DNA of 64,000 nucleotides from a bacterium (GCA_965219955.1 OZ244799.1:3328001-3392000), one strand, 5' to 3'; positions 39,835 through 50,211 are shown, counted from the stretch's first letter. Program-made: numbers and translations. Notes: generated by a model from the letters alone, not told the origin.

Positions 39835-40863
39835 ATGAGCACGAACAACCTGGCGAAAATCGCCAACCAGATGGTGGCGCCCGGCAAAGGCATCCTCGCG
39901 GCGGACGAGAGTTCGGGCACGATCCAAAAGCGCCTCGACAGCATCGGCGTCGAATCCACCGAGGAGAACCGGCGCGCCTACCGCGAGCTTCTCTTCACGA
40001 CGGAGGGAATCGAGGAATACATCAGCGGCGTCATCCTCTTCGACGAAACGCTGCGCCAGAGCGCCGCGGACGGGACGAACTTCGGCGCGCTGCTCGCCTC
40101 GCGCGGCATCCTCCCCGGCATCAAGGTCGACAAGGGTGCCAAGGACCTGGCCTTCGCCCCGGGGGAGAAGGTCACCGAGGGTCTCGACGGCCTGCGCGAG
40201 CGGCTGGAGGAATACGCCTCACTCGGCGCCACGTTCACCAAGTGGCGCGCGGTGATCACCATCAGCGATGGGATTCCCTCCGCCTACTGCATCGAGGCCA
40301 ACGCGCACGGCCTCGCGCGCTACGCCGCGCTCTCCCAGGAGGCGGGCCTCGTACCCATCGTGGAGCCCGAGGTGCTCATGGACGCGGACAACACCATCGA
40401 GGCCTGCGAGGAAGTGACGAACGAGACGCTCGAGAGCGTCTTCCGCGCCCTGCACTTACACCGCGTCTCGCTCGAGGGCATGATCCTGAAGCCCAACATG
40501 GTGATATCGGGCAAGGGATGCCCGGTCCAGGCGGGCGTGGGGGAAGTGGCCGAGGCCACGGTGCGCTCCCTCACGAGAAACGTGCCCGCCGCCGTGCCCG
40601 GCATCTGCTTCCTCTCGGGCGGGCAGAGCGACGCCGTCGCCACCGCGCACTTGAACGCGATGAACGCGATGGGCCCCCACCCGTGGGAGCTCAGCTTCTC
40701 CTACGGCCGCGCGCTGCAGGCGCCCGCCCTCAAGGGCTGGGGCGGCGAGACGGCGAACGTGCCCCTCGCCCAGAGGCTCTTCCTCCATCGCTGCAAGTGT
40801 AACGGCGCCGCGCGCACGGGCGCGTATGAGGACGCGATGGAAGGAGAAGTCGCCGCCGCCTAG
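39835..40863 (+). CDS. Fructose-bisphosphate aldolase class I (eukaryote-type)
   Basis: KGILAADES, GIKVDKG, KWRAV, VPIVEPEVL, LKPNMV and FSYGRALQ motifs. Confidence 0.95.
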   Translation: MSTNNLAKIANQMVAPGKGILAADESSGTIQKRLDSIGVESTEENRRAYRELLFTTEGIEEYISGVILFDETLRQSAADGTNFGALLASRGILPGIKVDKGAKDLAFAPGEKVTEGLDGLRERLEEYASLGATFTKWRAVITISDGIPSAYCIEANAHGLARYAALSQEAGLVPIVEPEVLMDADNTIEACEEVTNETLESVFRALHLHRVSLEGMILKPNMVISGKGCPVQAGVGEVAEATVRSLTRNVPAAVPGICFLSGGQSDAVATAHLNAMNAMGPHPWELSFSYGRALQAPALKGWGGETANVPLAQRLFLHRCKCNGAARTGAYEDAMEGEVAAA

Positions 40864-40904
40864 CCGCCGGGCAAGCGACCGCCCACAAAGGAGCAGGACA
40901 GAGG

Positions 40905-41945
40905 ATGCAACAGCAAGCCGCCACCGCCGGGAGCACAAGCTTCAAGGGAATGACGCTCGAGCGCCACATTCGCGAGGAAGAGCGAAACCACCCGGGCGCG
41001 CGGGGGCTATTCACCCGCCTCGTCACGCAGATCACCCTGGCCGCCAAGATCATCAACGCCGAGGTCAACAAGGCGGGCCTCGTGGACATCCTCGGGCTGA
41101 CCGGCGAGGTGAACGTACAGGGCGAGGAAGTCCAGAAACTCGATGAATACGCCAACGATATCCTGAGAAAGGCCCTCGACCACACCGGCTCGGTGGCCGC
41201 CCTGGCGAGCGAGGAGATGGAAGAGGTCTACGACGTCCCCGGCGAATACATCGAGGGGGGTGAATACGTTGTGCTCTACGACCCGCTGGACGGCTCCTCG
41301 AACATCGACGTGAACGTGAGCATCGGATCGATTTTCTCCATCCTGCGCCGCAAGGGCGGGAGCGGCCCCACGGCACTCGACGACTTTCTCCAGCCGGGCG
41401 TCGAACAGGTCTGCGCGGGCTACGTCATCTACGGATCGTCCACCATGCTGGTATACACCACCGGCAACGGCGTGGACGGCTTCACGCTCGACCCCTCGGT
41501 GGGCGAGTTCTTCCTCTCCCATCCCGACATCCAGATTCCAGAGCGGGGGAAGATTTACAGCATCAACGAGGGCAATTCCTCGAAATGGGACGAAGCCACC
41601 ACCCGCTACGTCGCATACCTGAAAGAAGAAGACGCCGACTCGGGCCGCCCCTATTCGGGACGCTACATCGGTTCGCTGGTGGCCGATTTCCACAGAAATC
41701 TCCTGAAGGGCGGCGTCTTCCTCTACCCGGGCGACAGGAAAAACCCCAGCGGCAAGCTGCGCCTTCTCTATGAGTGCAACCCCATGTCGTTCATCGCGGA
41801 GCAGGCAGGGGGCGCAGCGAGCGACGGCCGCCAAAGGGTGATGGAGATCCAGCCCGAAATGCTGCACCAGCGCATTCCTTTCATCGTCGGAAGCAAGCAC
41901 GACGTCGCCGACGCCACCCGCTTCATGTCCGGAGGAGGAAACTGA
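40905..41945 (+). CDS. fbp: Fructose-1,6-bisphosphatase class I
   Basis: NVQGEEVQKLD, DPLDGSSNID, RYIGSLVAD and GKLRLLYE motifs. Confidence 0.96.
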   Translation: MQQQAATAGSTSFKGMTLERHIREEERNHPGARGLFTRLVTQITLAAKIINAEVNKAGLVDILGLTGEVNVQGEEVQKLDEYANDILRKALDHTGSVAALASEEMEEVYDVPGEYIEGGEYVVLYDPLDGSSNIDVNVSIGSIFSILRRKGGSGPTALDDFLQPGVEQVCAGYVIYGSSTMLVYTTGNGVDGFTLDPSVGEFFLSHPDIQIPERGKIYSINEGNSSKWDEATTRYVAYLKEEDADSGRPYSGRYIGSLVADFHRNLLKGGVFLYPGDRKNPSGKLRLLYECNPMSFIAEQAGGAASDGRQRVMEIQPEMLHQRIPFIVGSKHDVADATRFMSGGGN

Positions 41946-42845
41946 ATGCAGACGCATCGCCTCGTGATTTTATTCCTCGCCGCCGCCCTGTTCACCGGAT
42001 GCGTGGGCATCGAAGACTATGAGCGAAAAACGGATGAAGCAGCAGGCCTGAGAGGAGAGCTCGCGAAGTACCAGGGCGAGATCGATGAACTCCAGAGAAA
42101 GATCGAAGAACTCGAAGGACAAATCAAGCAAAAAGACCTGGAAAGCCAGGAGCTCAGCCAGTCCCTCACCATGGCCAGGCGCCACAGCCAACAGATAGAG
42201 ACGCGCGTGGCCGACCTGCGCGCGCAAATGACTTCCCAGCAATCACAGCAAACCGAGAGCGCCAAGAAAGCCCGGCGCTTCGAGCGCGCTTATGAAAACT
42301 CCCGCACGCGGGTCCGTGAACTTCAGAAAAACCTCGTCGCCGTACAGAAGAAACTCCTGCGCTTCGAGGACCGGATTCGCTTCCAGATACAACTCGAAAA
42401 AGACATGAATGCGCAACTCTCGAGAGAACGACGACGCGGCATCGTTCAGGTTCGGCGCGAGGGCGACCGGGTGTTGATCAGCATCGCGAGCGCCATCCTT
42501 TTCCGATCGGGAAGCGCCAAGATCCGCTCCGAGAGCAAGGCCCTGCTCGTGAAGTTCTCGAGTCTCCTGCGCCGCTACTCCAACCGCGAGGTGCAGGTGC
42601 AGGGGCATACCGACAACGTGCAGATATCCGATCGCCTGGCGGAGCGCTGGGAGACGAACTGGGAGCTTTCCGCCGCGCGCGCCACGCGGGTGCTGCGCTA
42701 CTTCGTCGAGGTGGGCAACCTCGACCCGCGCAGGGTCTCGGGAGCGGGGATGGGCGAGTTCCGCCCGATCGCCGACAACGACACGCGCGAGGGCCGCCGC
42801 ACGAACCGGCGAATCGAAATCATCATCTATCCCCCCGATTCCTAA
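41946..42845 (+). CDS. Lipoprotein with long coiled coil and MotB/OmpA-type peptidoglycan-binding domain
   Basis: FTGC lipobox, GHTDNV, NWELSAARA and NRRIEI motifs. Confidence 0.88.
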   Translation: MQTHRLVILFLAAALFTGCVGIEDYERKTDEAAGLRGELAKYQGEIDELQRKIEELEGQIKQKDLESQELSQSLTMARRHSQQIETRVADLRAQMTSQQSQQTESAKKARRFERAYENSRTRVRELQKNLVAVQKKLLRFEDRIRFQIQLEKDMNAQLSRERRRGIVQVRREGDRVLISIASAILFRSGSAKIRSESKALLVKFSSLLRRYSNREVQVQGHTDNVQISDRLAERWETNWELSAARATRVLRYFVEVGNLDPRRVSGAGMGEFRPIADNDTREGRRTNRRIEIIIYPPDS

Positions 42846-42888
42846 GGGGCGAACTCCTCCTCACGGCGTTCAGAGAAAGGACACCTTC

Positions 42889-43551
42889 TTGATCCTAGAG
42901 CGGATACCCGTCGGCCCCTTCCAGATGAACAGCTACGTCGTGGGCTGTGAGGAGACGAAAGAGGGCGCCTACATCGACCCGGGCGCGGAGGTGGAGCGCG
43001 TCATCGCGGCGGCGCGCGGGCACGGCCTCACCCTCACCAAGCTCATCGGCACCCACGCGCACCTCGACCACGCCGAGGGCGTGGCGGAGGCGAAGGAAAA
43101 GCTCGGGCTTCCCTACTGGCTCCACGAGGCGGAACTGTTCAACCTGCGCAACATCCCGAACGCGGCGCGCGGCTACGGGTTCCCCGAACCGCCGGTCCCG
43201 GAGGTGGACGCGCACCTCGTGCCGGGCGAGACGATTTCGGTGGGAAACCTGGAATTCGAGATCAGGCTCACCGACGGGCACGCGCCGGGCAACGTCACGC
43301 TCTACCGGCCGGGGGACGGGAACGAGGCGGGGCACGCCATCGTGGGTGACGCCCTTTTCGCGGGATCGATCGGGCGGACCGACCTCTACATGGGCGACGG
43401 CGGCGTGCTTTTGAACGCCATCCGGACGCAACTGCTCACGTTACCTGACGATACCGTCGTGCATCCGGGCCACGGGCCGGAGACCACCATCGGCCACGAG
43501 AAATCCACCAACCCGTTCTGCCGGCCCGGAGCCGAAAAATTTCTGATCTGA
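42889..43551 (+). CDS. MBL-fold metallo-hydrolase (glyoxalase II-like)
   Basis: THAHLDH, GHAPG, GDALFAGSIGRTD and PGHGPETT motifs. Confidence 0.92.
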   Translation: MILERIPVGPFQMNSYVVGCEETKEGAYIDPGAEVERVIAAARGHGLTLTKLIGTHAHLDHAEGVAEAKEKLGLPYWLHEAELFNLRNIPNAARGYGFPEPPVPEVDAHLVPGETISVGNLEFEIRLTDGHAPGNVTLYRPGDGNEAGHAIVGDALFAGSIGRTDLYMGDGGVLLNAIRTQLLTLPDDTVVHPGHGPETTIGHEKSTNPFCRPGAEKFLI

Positions 43552-43592
43552 GCCCGGACGCCCCCCAGGCGCATCCTCATCTGGGAGGCGGG

Positions 43593-44096
43593 GTGAAGTT
43601 CTGCGTCGCCTGCGGGAGTCCCCTCGTCTACCGCCCCTGGACGGAGGGGGACGGCACCACCCAGCTTTGCTGCAGCGCGGCGTCCTGCAACCACGTCCAT
43701 TTCCTCGACCCGAAGGTGGCGGCCGGCGTCGTGGCGACCATCGACGGGCAGGCCGTGCTCGTGCGGCGCGCCCACAACCCCGGCAAGGGACTCTGGACGT
43801 TCCCGGGCGGCTTCGTGAACCGGGGCGAGGTGGTCGCAGAAGCCGCCGCGCGCGAGGCGGAAGAAGAAGCGGGCATAGAGGTGGCGGTCGATTCGCTCTT
43901 GGGGGTGTACTCGTTCGAGGGAAACGCCACCGTGCTCATCGTCTACACGGGCGTCGTGACGGCCGGCGCCCCCCGCGCCCTGGCCGAGACCACCGAGGTC
44001 AAGCTCGTCGCGCCCGACGCGATCGACTTCCGTGAGCTCGCCTTCGACACCACCCGCGCCGCCATGCGCGACTGGCGGGAGAGGGTGGGTGGGTAG
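43593..44096 (+). CDS. NUDIX hydrolase with N-terminal Zn ribbon
   Basis: CVACG...C..C and Nudix box PGGFVNRGE...AAREAEEEAG. Confidence 0.9.
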   Translation: MKFCVACGSPLVYRPWTEGDGTTQLCCSAASCNHVHFLDPKVAAGVVATIDGQAVLVRRAHNPGKGLWTFPGGFVNRGEVVAEAAAREAEEEAGIEVAVDSLLGVYSFEGNATVLIVYTGVVTAGAPRALAETTEVKLVAPDAIDFRELAFDTTRAAMRDWRERVGG

Positions 44097-44170
44097 GGGC
44101 AGGCCCCCGCGCCTTTCCTGAAAAGGGAGAACCACAGGGGGCAGGACAATCCACGCAGGTAGACCCCCTA
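44093..44170. repeat. Degenerate GTAG-type REP pair
   Basis: GTAGGGGCAGGCCCCCGCGCCTTTCC...GACCCCCTA resembles the REP at 25265. Confidence 0.45.
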
Positions 44171-44176
44171 GCCCCC

Positions 44177-44512
44177 TCACGACGCTCCCGCGTATATCAG
44201 CGCGCCGGGTTTGAGGGGAGCGTTTTTCTTGGGCTTCTTCACCCGCAACTCCACCGTCATGCCCAGCTTGACCATGTAGTCGATCAACCGCTCGCGAGAG
44301 AAGCGCGAGAGCTTCCCGTTCATGAGATAGGACGCCTCGGGTTGCTTGATGCCGAGAATTCGCATCACATCCTTCTGGGTCAGCTTTCTTGACTCAATCG
44401 TATCCGATACCTCTCTCAGGAGTTGCGCCCTCAACATTATTTCATCCGCGTTCGGAAGCCCGAGATCCTTGAAGACATTGTGGCTTCCTTCGTAAATTTC
44501 AATTTCGCTCAT
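44177..44512 (-). CDS. HigA-type XRE antitoxin
   Basis: GSHNVFKDLG and LTQ..LGIKQPEASYLMNGKLSRFS HTH. Downstream of the toxin. Confidence 0.88.
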   Translation of the reverse strand: MSEIEIYEGSHNVFKDLGLPNADEIMLRAQLLREVSDTIESRKLTQKDVMRILGIKQPEASYLMNGKLSRFSRERLIDYMVKLGMTVELRVKKPKKNAPLKPGALIYAGAS

Positions 44513-44532
44513 CTGTTCATCCCCTATGATCC

Positions 44533-44913
44533 TTACTTCGTCCCTTTTCGTTGTTTTATATATTCAATCAATCCCCTGAAATTCGCCTCGATGATCCGCA
44601 TTTCCCGCCTTGGCGTTTGGATTCCCCTTTTCGATTTCTTTTGAAAGGCGTGCAGAACACAGACGGCTTCTTTGAATTTCACCGTGTAGATCGCCCGATA
44701 CGTGTCACCGTCGTGGTTTTCGATGATCTCCAAAACGCCGGCTCCCCTGAAGCTCTTCAGTGGCTTGGCGGAGGAATCTTTGCCTCCCCATTGAGCTGCC
44801 TCCAAGGCGTACAAAATATCCTCCTGCACCTCATGGGGAAATTGCGTAAACGCATCCTTACTCCTGCCTGCCCACCATATGGGTTTGGGTGTTTTCGACC
44901 TGATGCGTCGCAC
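44533..44913 (-). CDS. HigB/RelE-type (Gp49-like) toxin
   Basis: AKPLKSF.GAGVLEI, GDTYRAIYTVKF and VLHAFQKKS motifs. Confidence 0.9.
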   Translation of the reverse strand: MRRIRSKTPKPIWWAGRSKDAFTQFPHEVQEDILYALEAAQWGGKDSSAKPLKSFRGAGVLEIIENHDGDTYRAIYTVKFKEAVCVLHAFQKKSKRGIQTPRREMRIIEANFRGLIEYIKQRKGTK

Positions 44914-44986
44914 GGATATAATTCATCCTTTCTCCTCGCTGTTTGCTCATTGAAATTTTGTAAGGAAATCTATCCGGGTCATCAAG

Positions 44987-45017
44987 CAATATATAACATG
45001 ATTGTTATATTCGTCAA
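44987..45017 (-). promoter_or_regulatory. higBA promoter with overlapping palindromic operator
   Basis: Minus strand TTGACG-N18-TATATT. Perfect inverted repeat ATATAACA-TGAT-TGTTATAT at 44991-45010. Confidence 0.7.
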
Positions 45018-45175
45018 GTCAGAACCGGCCCATTTGAGCGTTCGAAATGTGGCGATCAGTCCCCTCCCCCTACTCTCCTTACGCTCACGATCATATAATC
45101 GGGCTACTCGTTACGACCTTTCCCGTTCACGGGAGGCGCGCTCGGCGCGGCCTCTTATCAGATAAGGAGATGATG

Positions 45176-45853
45176 ATGACGCTATCCGAAGAAACGCTCG
45201 CGAAGCTGAGAGCGATCGACACGCCCACGGTGTCGAACGCCGTGGAATCCTTCGGCGTGCGCCCGAGGACGCTCGGCCACACCGACGCGAGCATCGAGTG
45301 CATGTTCCCCGATATGGGCGTGGCGCTGGGCTACGCCGTGACGTTCACGACGAGCGAATACGCACCGGGCGAGGAGCGAACGCACACCTCGCGCATCGCG
45401 CTATACGAAGCCGTGGCCGCGGCGCCCAGGCCCTGCGTGCTCGTGCAGCAGGACGTCGGCCCGAAGCCGCCCTCGGCGTGCCTCTGGGGGGAGATCATGT
45501 CGAACCTCTTCTCGCGCCTGGGCGCCGAGGGCGTGGTGACGGACGGGGTGGTGCGCGATTTGGAAGAGATGCGCAAGGCGGGCTTCAAGACCTGGTGCGC
45601 GGGCATGACGGTATCGCGCGGCGACGTGCGCGTGGTGGCGGTGAACACGCCGGTATCTGTCGGCGGGATGGCCGTGGTTCCGGGCGACCTCATCCACGCG
45701 GACGTGAGCGGCGCGCTCGTGGTGCCCAAAGAGGTCGCGGCGGACGTTCCCGAAGCGGCCGAGCGCGTGCTCGCCAGGGAAGCGGACTTGCTCTCCGCCA
45801 TCCGCGCGGAGGATTTCAGCCTCGATGACCTGGTGCGGCGGTTTTATTCGTAG
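45176..45853 (+). CDS. RraA/HMG-aldolase family protein
   Basis: DTPTVSNA, GYAVT, WGEIMS, VTDGVVRD and PGDLIHAD motifs. AAGGAG RBS. Confidence 0.88.
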   Translation: MTLSEETLAKLRAIDTPTVSNAVESFGVRPRTLGHTDASIECMFPDMGVALGYAVTFTTSEYAPGEERTHTSRIALYEAVAAAPRPCVLVQQDVGPKPPSACLWGEIMSNLFSRLGAEGVVTDGVVRDLEEMRKAGFKTWCAGMTVSRGDVRVVAVNTPVSVGGMAVVPGDLIHADVSGALVVPKEVAADVPEAAERVLAREADLLSAIRAEDFSLDDLVRRFYS

Positions 45854-45974
45854 GGAAGAGGACCACACGGCATATCCGTAAGGGATCCTGCGTGGGGACA
45901 GGGCGCGGCCTGTCCCTACCGGATTCCGCAGCCGCTTCTTCCTCGGTCGGGGCCGGCCCTCCGCCGCTTCGACT

Positions 45975-46598
45975 CTACCCGCCGGCCAGCCAGCGCTCGG
46001 CCGCCTCGCGCACTTCGGCTTCCTTCTCCGTCCTGGCAATGGTGATCCCCTCGGGAGGCGTCTGCCCCGTCCGCGCGTTCCGCCAGCAGTGGTAGCGGAT
46101 GTTGAGGGGGTATTGCTCGAGGTTCATGTCCTCATAAAAGGAGTCCGGTATCTCGCGCGGGTTGTGCGCGTCCATGCGGTCTTTCTCGTAGATGGCCGTG
46201 CGGTTGAAGATGCGCCACTCGCCGTCGCGCTTTTCCACCTGATCCAGATAGCAGCTCCACGTGTGGAAATCGAAGGCGTACCCGTCGAGGAGGCGCCGGT
46301 TGTGCAGGATGACGTCGTACTCGATGATGGCGCGCTCGCCGTTCAGCCGCACACGGGGGTTCGCGTTGACGTGCTTGGTGAACTCCTGCACGTCGCGCGA
46401 CGCCATCATCTTCACGGAGCGCTCGATGAACTCGTCCACCGGGCCGGAGTGCCAGCTCACCGTCACGTTCCCGTCCGGGTGGTAGCAGTCCCTGAGCGTC
46501 TCCCAGTCGCCCTTGTCGCGGGAATAACAGGCCGCGGCGACGACTTCCTGTATCTCGAACTTGTCGAGCATGTTCTGCAGTCTTTCGGAATCCGGCAT
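45975..46598 (-). CDS. SnoaL-like/NTF2 family protein
   Basis: RDKGDW...CYHPDG, DQVEKRDGEWRI and IYEKDR motifs. Confidence 0.82.
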   Translation of the reverse strand: MPDSERLQNMLDKFEIQEVVAAACYSRDKGDWETLRDCYHPDGNVTVSWHSGPVDEFIERSVKMMASRDVQEFTKHVNANPRVRLNGERAIIEYDVILHNRRLLDGYAFDFHTWSCYLDQVEKRDGEWRIFNRTAIYEKDRMDAHNPREIPDSFYEDMNLEQYPLNIRYHCWRNARTGQTPPEGITIARTEKEAEVREAAERWLAGG

Positions 46599-46649
46599 GG
46601 CGATCCTCCCTTTCCGGGTCGTTCTGTATGCAGATACGCATGAGCGCGC

Positions 46650-46691
46650 AAACAAAAGCAGCCTCCCGCCTTTTTCCGAACGGGAGGCTGC
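46650..46691 (-). terminator. Intrinsic terminator after the ABC solute-binding gene
   Basis: GCAGCCTCCCG/CGGGAGGCTGC 11-bp stem followed by TTTTGTTT on the minus strand. Confidence 0.7.
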
Positions 46692-46708
46692 CTGCTATCT
46701 ATCTGCGG

Positions 46709-48247
46709 CTATTTTTCCAGATACGCCTTGCGCCAGTAAATCCGCTCGCCGGGGTGGACGATCACACCCTTGAGCTTCTTGGATTTGCCGACGAGCATGA
46801 CTTCCTGCTTGAAGAAGACCCAGGGCGGATTGTCGATCACCATCTTCGCCGCCTTCTTGTACATCGCCTTGCGCTTGACCGGGTCGTTGATCTGGCGCGC
46901 CTTGTCCACGACCTTCTCGAGTTCGGGGTTCTTGTAGCGGGTATAGTTCCCCGAACGCCCGTGGGTGGCGGAGTGGAACTTGTTGTACATCACCATGTCC
47001 GGGTCGCCCGTGGAGACGCCCCAGCCGTAGAGGAACATGGGCGCCTTGCCCTTCCGGACGGAGGGGGCCACGAGGCCCCAGGAGCCCGTGCGGAGCTTGG
47101 CCTGGATTCCCACGTTCGCCAACTGCGCCTGGATGGCCTCGGCGGCCACCTTGTCGGCCGTGTACCTGCCCGTGGGGTGCCAGAACTCGGTCTTGAACCC
47201 GTTGGGATACCCCGCTTTGGCCAACAGCTCCTTGGCCTTTTTCGGGTTGTAGGAATAGCCCATCTTCTCGAACTCGGGGTCATAGCCCCAGACGGTCGGC
47301 CCGAAGGGTCCGCGGATGGGCCGCCCCACGCCGAGCATCACCTTCTCGATGATGGTTTTCGTGTCGATGGCGTAGTTCATCGCCTGGCGCACGATCGGGT
47401 TGTCGAAAGGCTTGTGGAGCATGCTCATCCCGATGAAGATCACCCGGAACAGGGGCGCTTTCACGAGGTCGAGCTTGGGGTCCTTGTCCACCTCGCCGAG
47501 CTGGGCCGGGGGCAGGAACATGGCCAGCTGGGCCTGGCCCGAACGAAGCTGGAGCACCCGCGTCGTGGCTTCCGGAACGAGGCGGAATTCGAGAACGTCG
47601 ATCTTGGGTTTCCCGTCCCAGTAATCCGGGTTCGCCTTGAAGCGGATGTATTCTCCCGCCACCCATTTCTCGAAGATGAACGGGCCGGTGCCGACCGGGT
47701 TGCGCCGGAAATTCTTGCCGTGTTTCTTGATGGCGGTCGGGCTGCCGATGGCGGCGACCGGCGTCCCCAGGTTCAGCAGGACGGGCGCGAAGGGATACTT
47801 GAGCCCGATCTCGACCGTGTGGTCGTCGATCACGTTGACCTCCTTGATCATCGCGATCCATTTCCTGAGGCGGGCGCGCTTGTGGCTTCGCGTCCGGTCG
47901 AGGTTGAACTTCACGGCCGCGGCGTTGAAGGGCGTCCCGTCGTGGAACTTCACCCCCTTGCGCAGCTTGAAGACGAGCGTGGTGGGGTTCTTGAATTCCC
48001 ATGAGGTGGCGAGGCGCCCCTCGATTTTGCCGTCCAGGCGGTGGTAGGTCAGCGAATCGTAGAGGCTCGTCTGGACGTTCAGGTCGGCGGAACCGGCCGG
48101 ATGAAGGGCGTTGTCGAGACTCTTGGGCTCCGCGCCGTGGACGAAGACGACTTTGGACGCCGCCGATGAAGTGCTCCACATGAGAGCGATTGCGGCAATG
48201 AACAGAACTGCGGTGCAAACCAGCTTCTTGGGACTTGTGTGCAGCAT
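46709..48247 (-). CDS. ABC transporter family 5 (peptide/glutathione-type) solute-binding protein
   Basis: Signal peptide, FKLRKGVKFHDGTPFNA, PVGTGPF and VRQAMNYAID motifs. Confidence 0.93.
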   Translation of the reverse strand: MLHTSPKKLVCTAVLFIAAIALMWSTSSAASKVVFVHGAEPKSLDNALHPAGSADLNVQTSLYDSLTYHRLDGKIEGRLATSWEFKNPTTLVFKLRKGVKFHDGTPFNAAAVKFNLDRTRSHKRARLRKWIAMIKEVNVIDDHTVEIGLKYPFAPVLLNLGTPVAAIGSPTAIKKHGKNFRRNPVGTGPFIFEKWVAGEYIRFKANPDYWDGKPKIDVLEFRLVPEATTRVLQLRSGQAQLAMFLPPAQLGEVDKDPKLDLVKAPLFRVIFIGMSMLHKPFDNPIVRQAMNYAIDTKTIIEKVMLGVGRPIRGPFGPTVWGYDPEFEKMGYSYNPKKAKELLAKAGYPNGFKTEFWHPTGRYTADKVAAEAIQAQLANVGIQAKLRTGSWGLVAPSVRKGKAPMFLYGWGVSTGDPDMVMYNKFHSATHGRSGNYTRYKNPELEKVVDKARQINDPVKRKAMYKKAAKMVIDNPPWVFFKQEVMLVGKSKKLKGVIVHPGERIYWRKAYLEK

Positions 48248-48434
48248 ACACTGCCCTCCTCGAATGGAAACATCAGGGCAAAAGCCCCGATTCCCGGACG
48301 ATCCGAATCCCCCCTGATCACGGAATCAGACGACCCGAATCGCCTCACGCAATAACCGATTCACCAATTTGTAGGCTTGGTATTAACTATAATACTTACC
48401 CGGCGAACTGGCAAGATGAAGCGGCCTCTTCGCG

Positions 48435-49180
48435 GGGGTGTTGAAGAAGTCCTCCCCGGCCGGGGGACAAAGGCAACCCCCCTACCCCCCTTGTCAGGGG
48501 TCAAACGCGAGTGATGAGCGAGCGTTTGCATGAACCATTGACGAGAAACACATCGTCTTGCAAAACCTCCCTCTTCGGTCGGTTTTGACCCCTGACAAGG
48601 GGGGGTAGGGGGGGTTGCTTTTCAGCAAGTGAGGGGGTAATCGAACCGACCGAGGAGGGGCCGCCCCGCAGGGACAGGCCTCCGTGCCTGTCCTGAGGAG
48701 GGACAACCTCAGGAGGCAGGGCGGACACACAGGTCCGCCCCTACGGGTGAATGCGGTTTTGTTCGTCATTCCGGCGAAAGCCGGAATCCATTTGCGGGCG
48801 CGGGTGAATGAACGGCGGCGTTTCATTTCCCGCCGATGCGCGGGAACCCTGATGAAAGGCAAAATGCGTAAAATGGATTCCGGCTTTCGCCGGAATGACG
48901 GCGGTGGTCAATTCCGAGTGAGGAGGGATTTTGGTTGAGCGCACGTTTTTGAAGTTCACTCCCCGGTAGGTAATATACGCCGGATCTCGAAATAATGACT
49001 TTTTTAACAACCCCCTCGTCGGAGGGCATCGACTTTACCCCCCTGACAAGGGGGGGTAGGGGGGGTTGCCTTTATTCCCTGAGGAGGGGAGCTCTTTCAA
49101 CAATCCCCCAAGGGGGGAATCGTTTCTTTTTCCCCGTCGGTCGAGCCGGACCCTCATTCATCGAGGCTTTCCAACAACCC
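48435..49180. repeat. Large mosaic of REP-like palindromes and IS-end remnants between the divergent ABC genes
   Basis: GTGTTGAAGAAGTCC (~48438). CCCCCCTACCCCCCTTGTCAGGGG inverted pair. GTAG-type REPs at 48668-48744. CGTCATTCCGGCGAAAGCCGGAATCCA inverted pair at ~48764-48900. Several right-end motifs (TTTTAACAACCCC, TTTCAACAATCCC, TTCCAACAACCC). Confidence 0.8.
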
Positions 49181-49278
49181 GGAAAAGGCTGCCCGGATCG
49201 TGCATTCGGCCCGGTTATGATAGCATCGAATCTCCTTTTATGGTGTTTTCGTTCTCATCCGGGCGGGACGGTGCGTTC

Positions 49279-50211
49279 ATGTTCGAATATCTGTTGCGGA
49301 GAGTGTTCCTTCTCGTCCCGGTTCTCATCGGGGTTTCGCTCGTCATCTTCCTCTCCATCCGCCTCGTTCCGGGAGACCCGGCCGAAGCCCTCGCGGGCGA
49401 ATTCGCGGATGAGGAGTATATTGCGGAAATCCGCCGGATTTACGGGCTGGACCAGCCCCTCCACGTCCAGTACGGCATGTTCATGAAGCGGGCCTTACAA
49501 GGTGACCTGGGCCGCTCGATCCTCTCGGACAGGCCGGTGCTGAACGAGGTCTGGACCCGTTTTCTCAACACGCTGCAACTCGCTTTCTGGGCGGTGCTCC
49601 TCGCCACCATTGTGGGCTTGCTGGCGGGCGTGTTGTCCGCGACACACCCCTACTCCAAGTTCGACTACGGGAGCATGACGGGCGCTCTGCTCGGCATATC
49701 CATGCCCTCGTTCTGGTTCGGCCTGATACTCATGGGGTTTTTCTCCGTCTATCTCGGGTGGCTCCCGGCGGGGGGAAAGGGCACGGCGGCCCACCTCATC
49801 ATGCCGGTGGTCACGCTCGGGCTTACGGGGGCCGGCCTCATCGCGCGCATGACGCGCAACACCATGCTCGAGATAACGGGGAGTGAATACATCACCACGG
49901 CGCGCTCGAAGGGCCTGGCGAGCGGAAAGGTCCATTACGTCCACGCCCTCAAGAACGCCATGCTGCCCGTCATCACCGTGGTCGGCCTCCAGTCGGGATA
50001 CCTGCTGGGCGGATCGGTGATCACCGAATCGGTGTTCGCCTGGCCGGGCCTCGGGCGCTACATCGTCGAGGCCATCAAGCTGCGCGATTACGCCGCGGTG
50101 CAGGGCTCCTTGCTCTTCTTCGCGCTCACGTTCGCCGTGGTGAACCTGACGGTGGACCTCCTCTACGCGATCTTCAACCCGCGCATCCGTTATGGCGGGT
50201 CGAGCGAATGA
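49279..50211 (+). CDS. ABC transporter permease (DppB/GsiC-like)
   Basis: PGDPA, GLDQPL, GDLGRS, YITTARSKG and FAWPGLG motifs. Confidence 0.93.
   Translation: MFEYLLRRVFLLVPVLIGVSLVIFLSIRLVPGDPAEALAGEFADEEYIAEIRRIYGLDQPLHVQYGMFMKRALQGDLGRSILSDRPVLNEVWTRFLNTLQLAFWAVLLATIVGLLAGVLSATHPYSKFDYGSMTGALLGISMPSFWFGLILMGFFSVYLGWLPAGGKGTAAHLIMPVVTLGLTGAGLIARMTRNTMLEITGSEYITTARSKGLASGKVHYVHALKNAMLPVITVVGLQSGYLLGGSVITESVFAWPGLGRYIVEAIKLRDYAAVQGSLLFFALTFAVVNLTVDLLYAIFNPRIRYGGSSE

Noticed and set aside
39835-41945. Calvin-cycle (cbb) operon
   Set aside because: No Rubisco, phosphoribulokinase, transketolase or cbbR is adjacent.
41946-42845. Flagellar stator motB
   Set aside because: It has a lipoprotein signal rather than the Asp-bearing TM helix, and there are no motA or flagellar genes.
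48494-49029. ORFs inside repeat mosaics (also 25252-25813 and 35155-35486)
   Set aside because: The translations are REP-derived (VIPAKAGIH, PPYPPLSG, GTEACPY), not real proteins.
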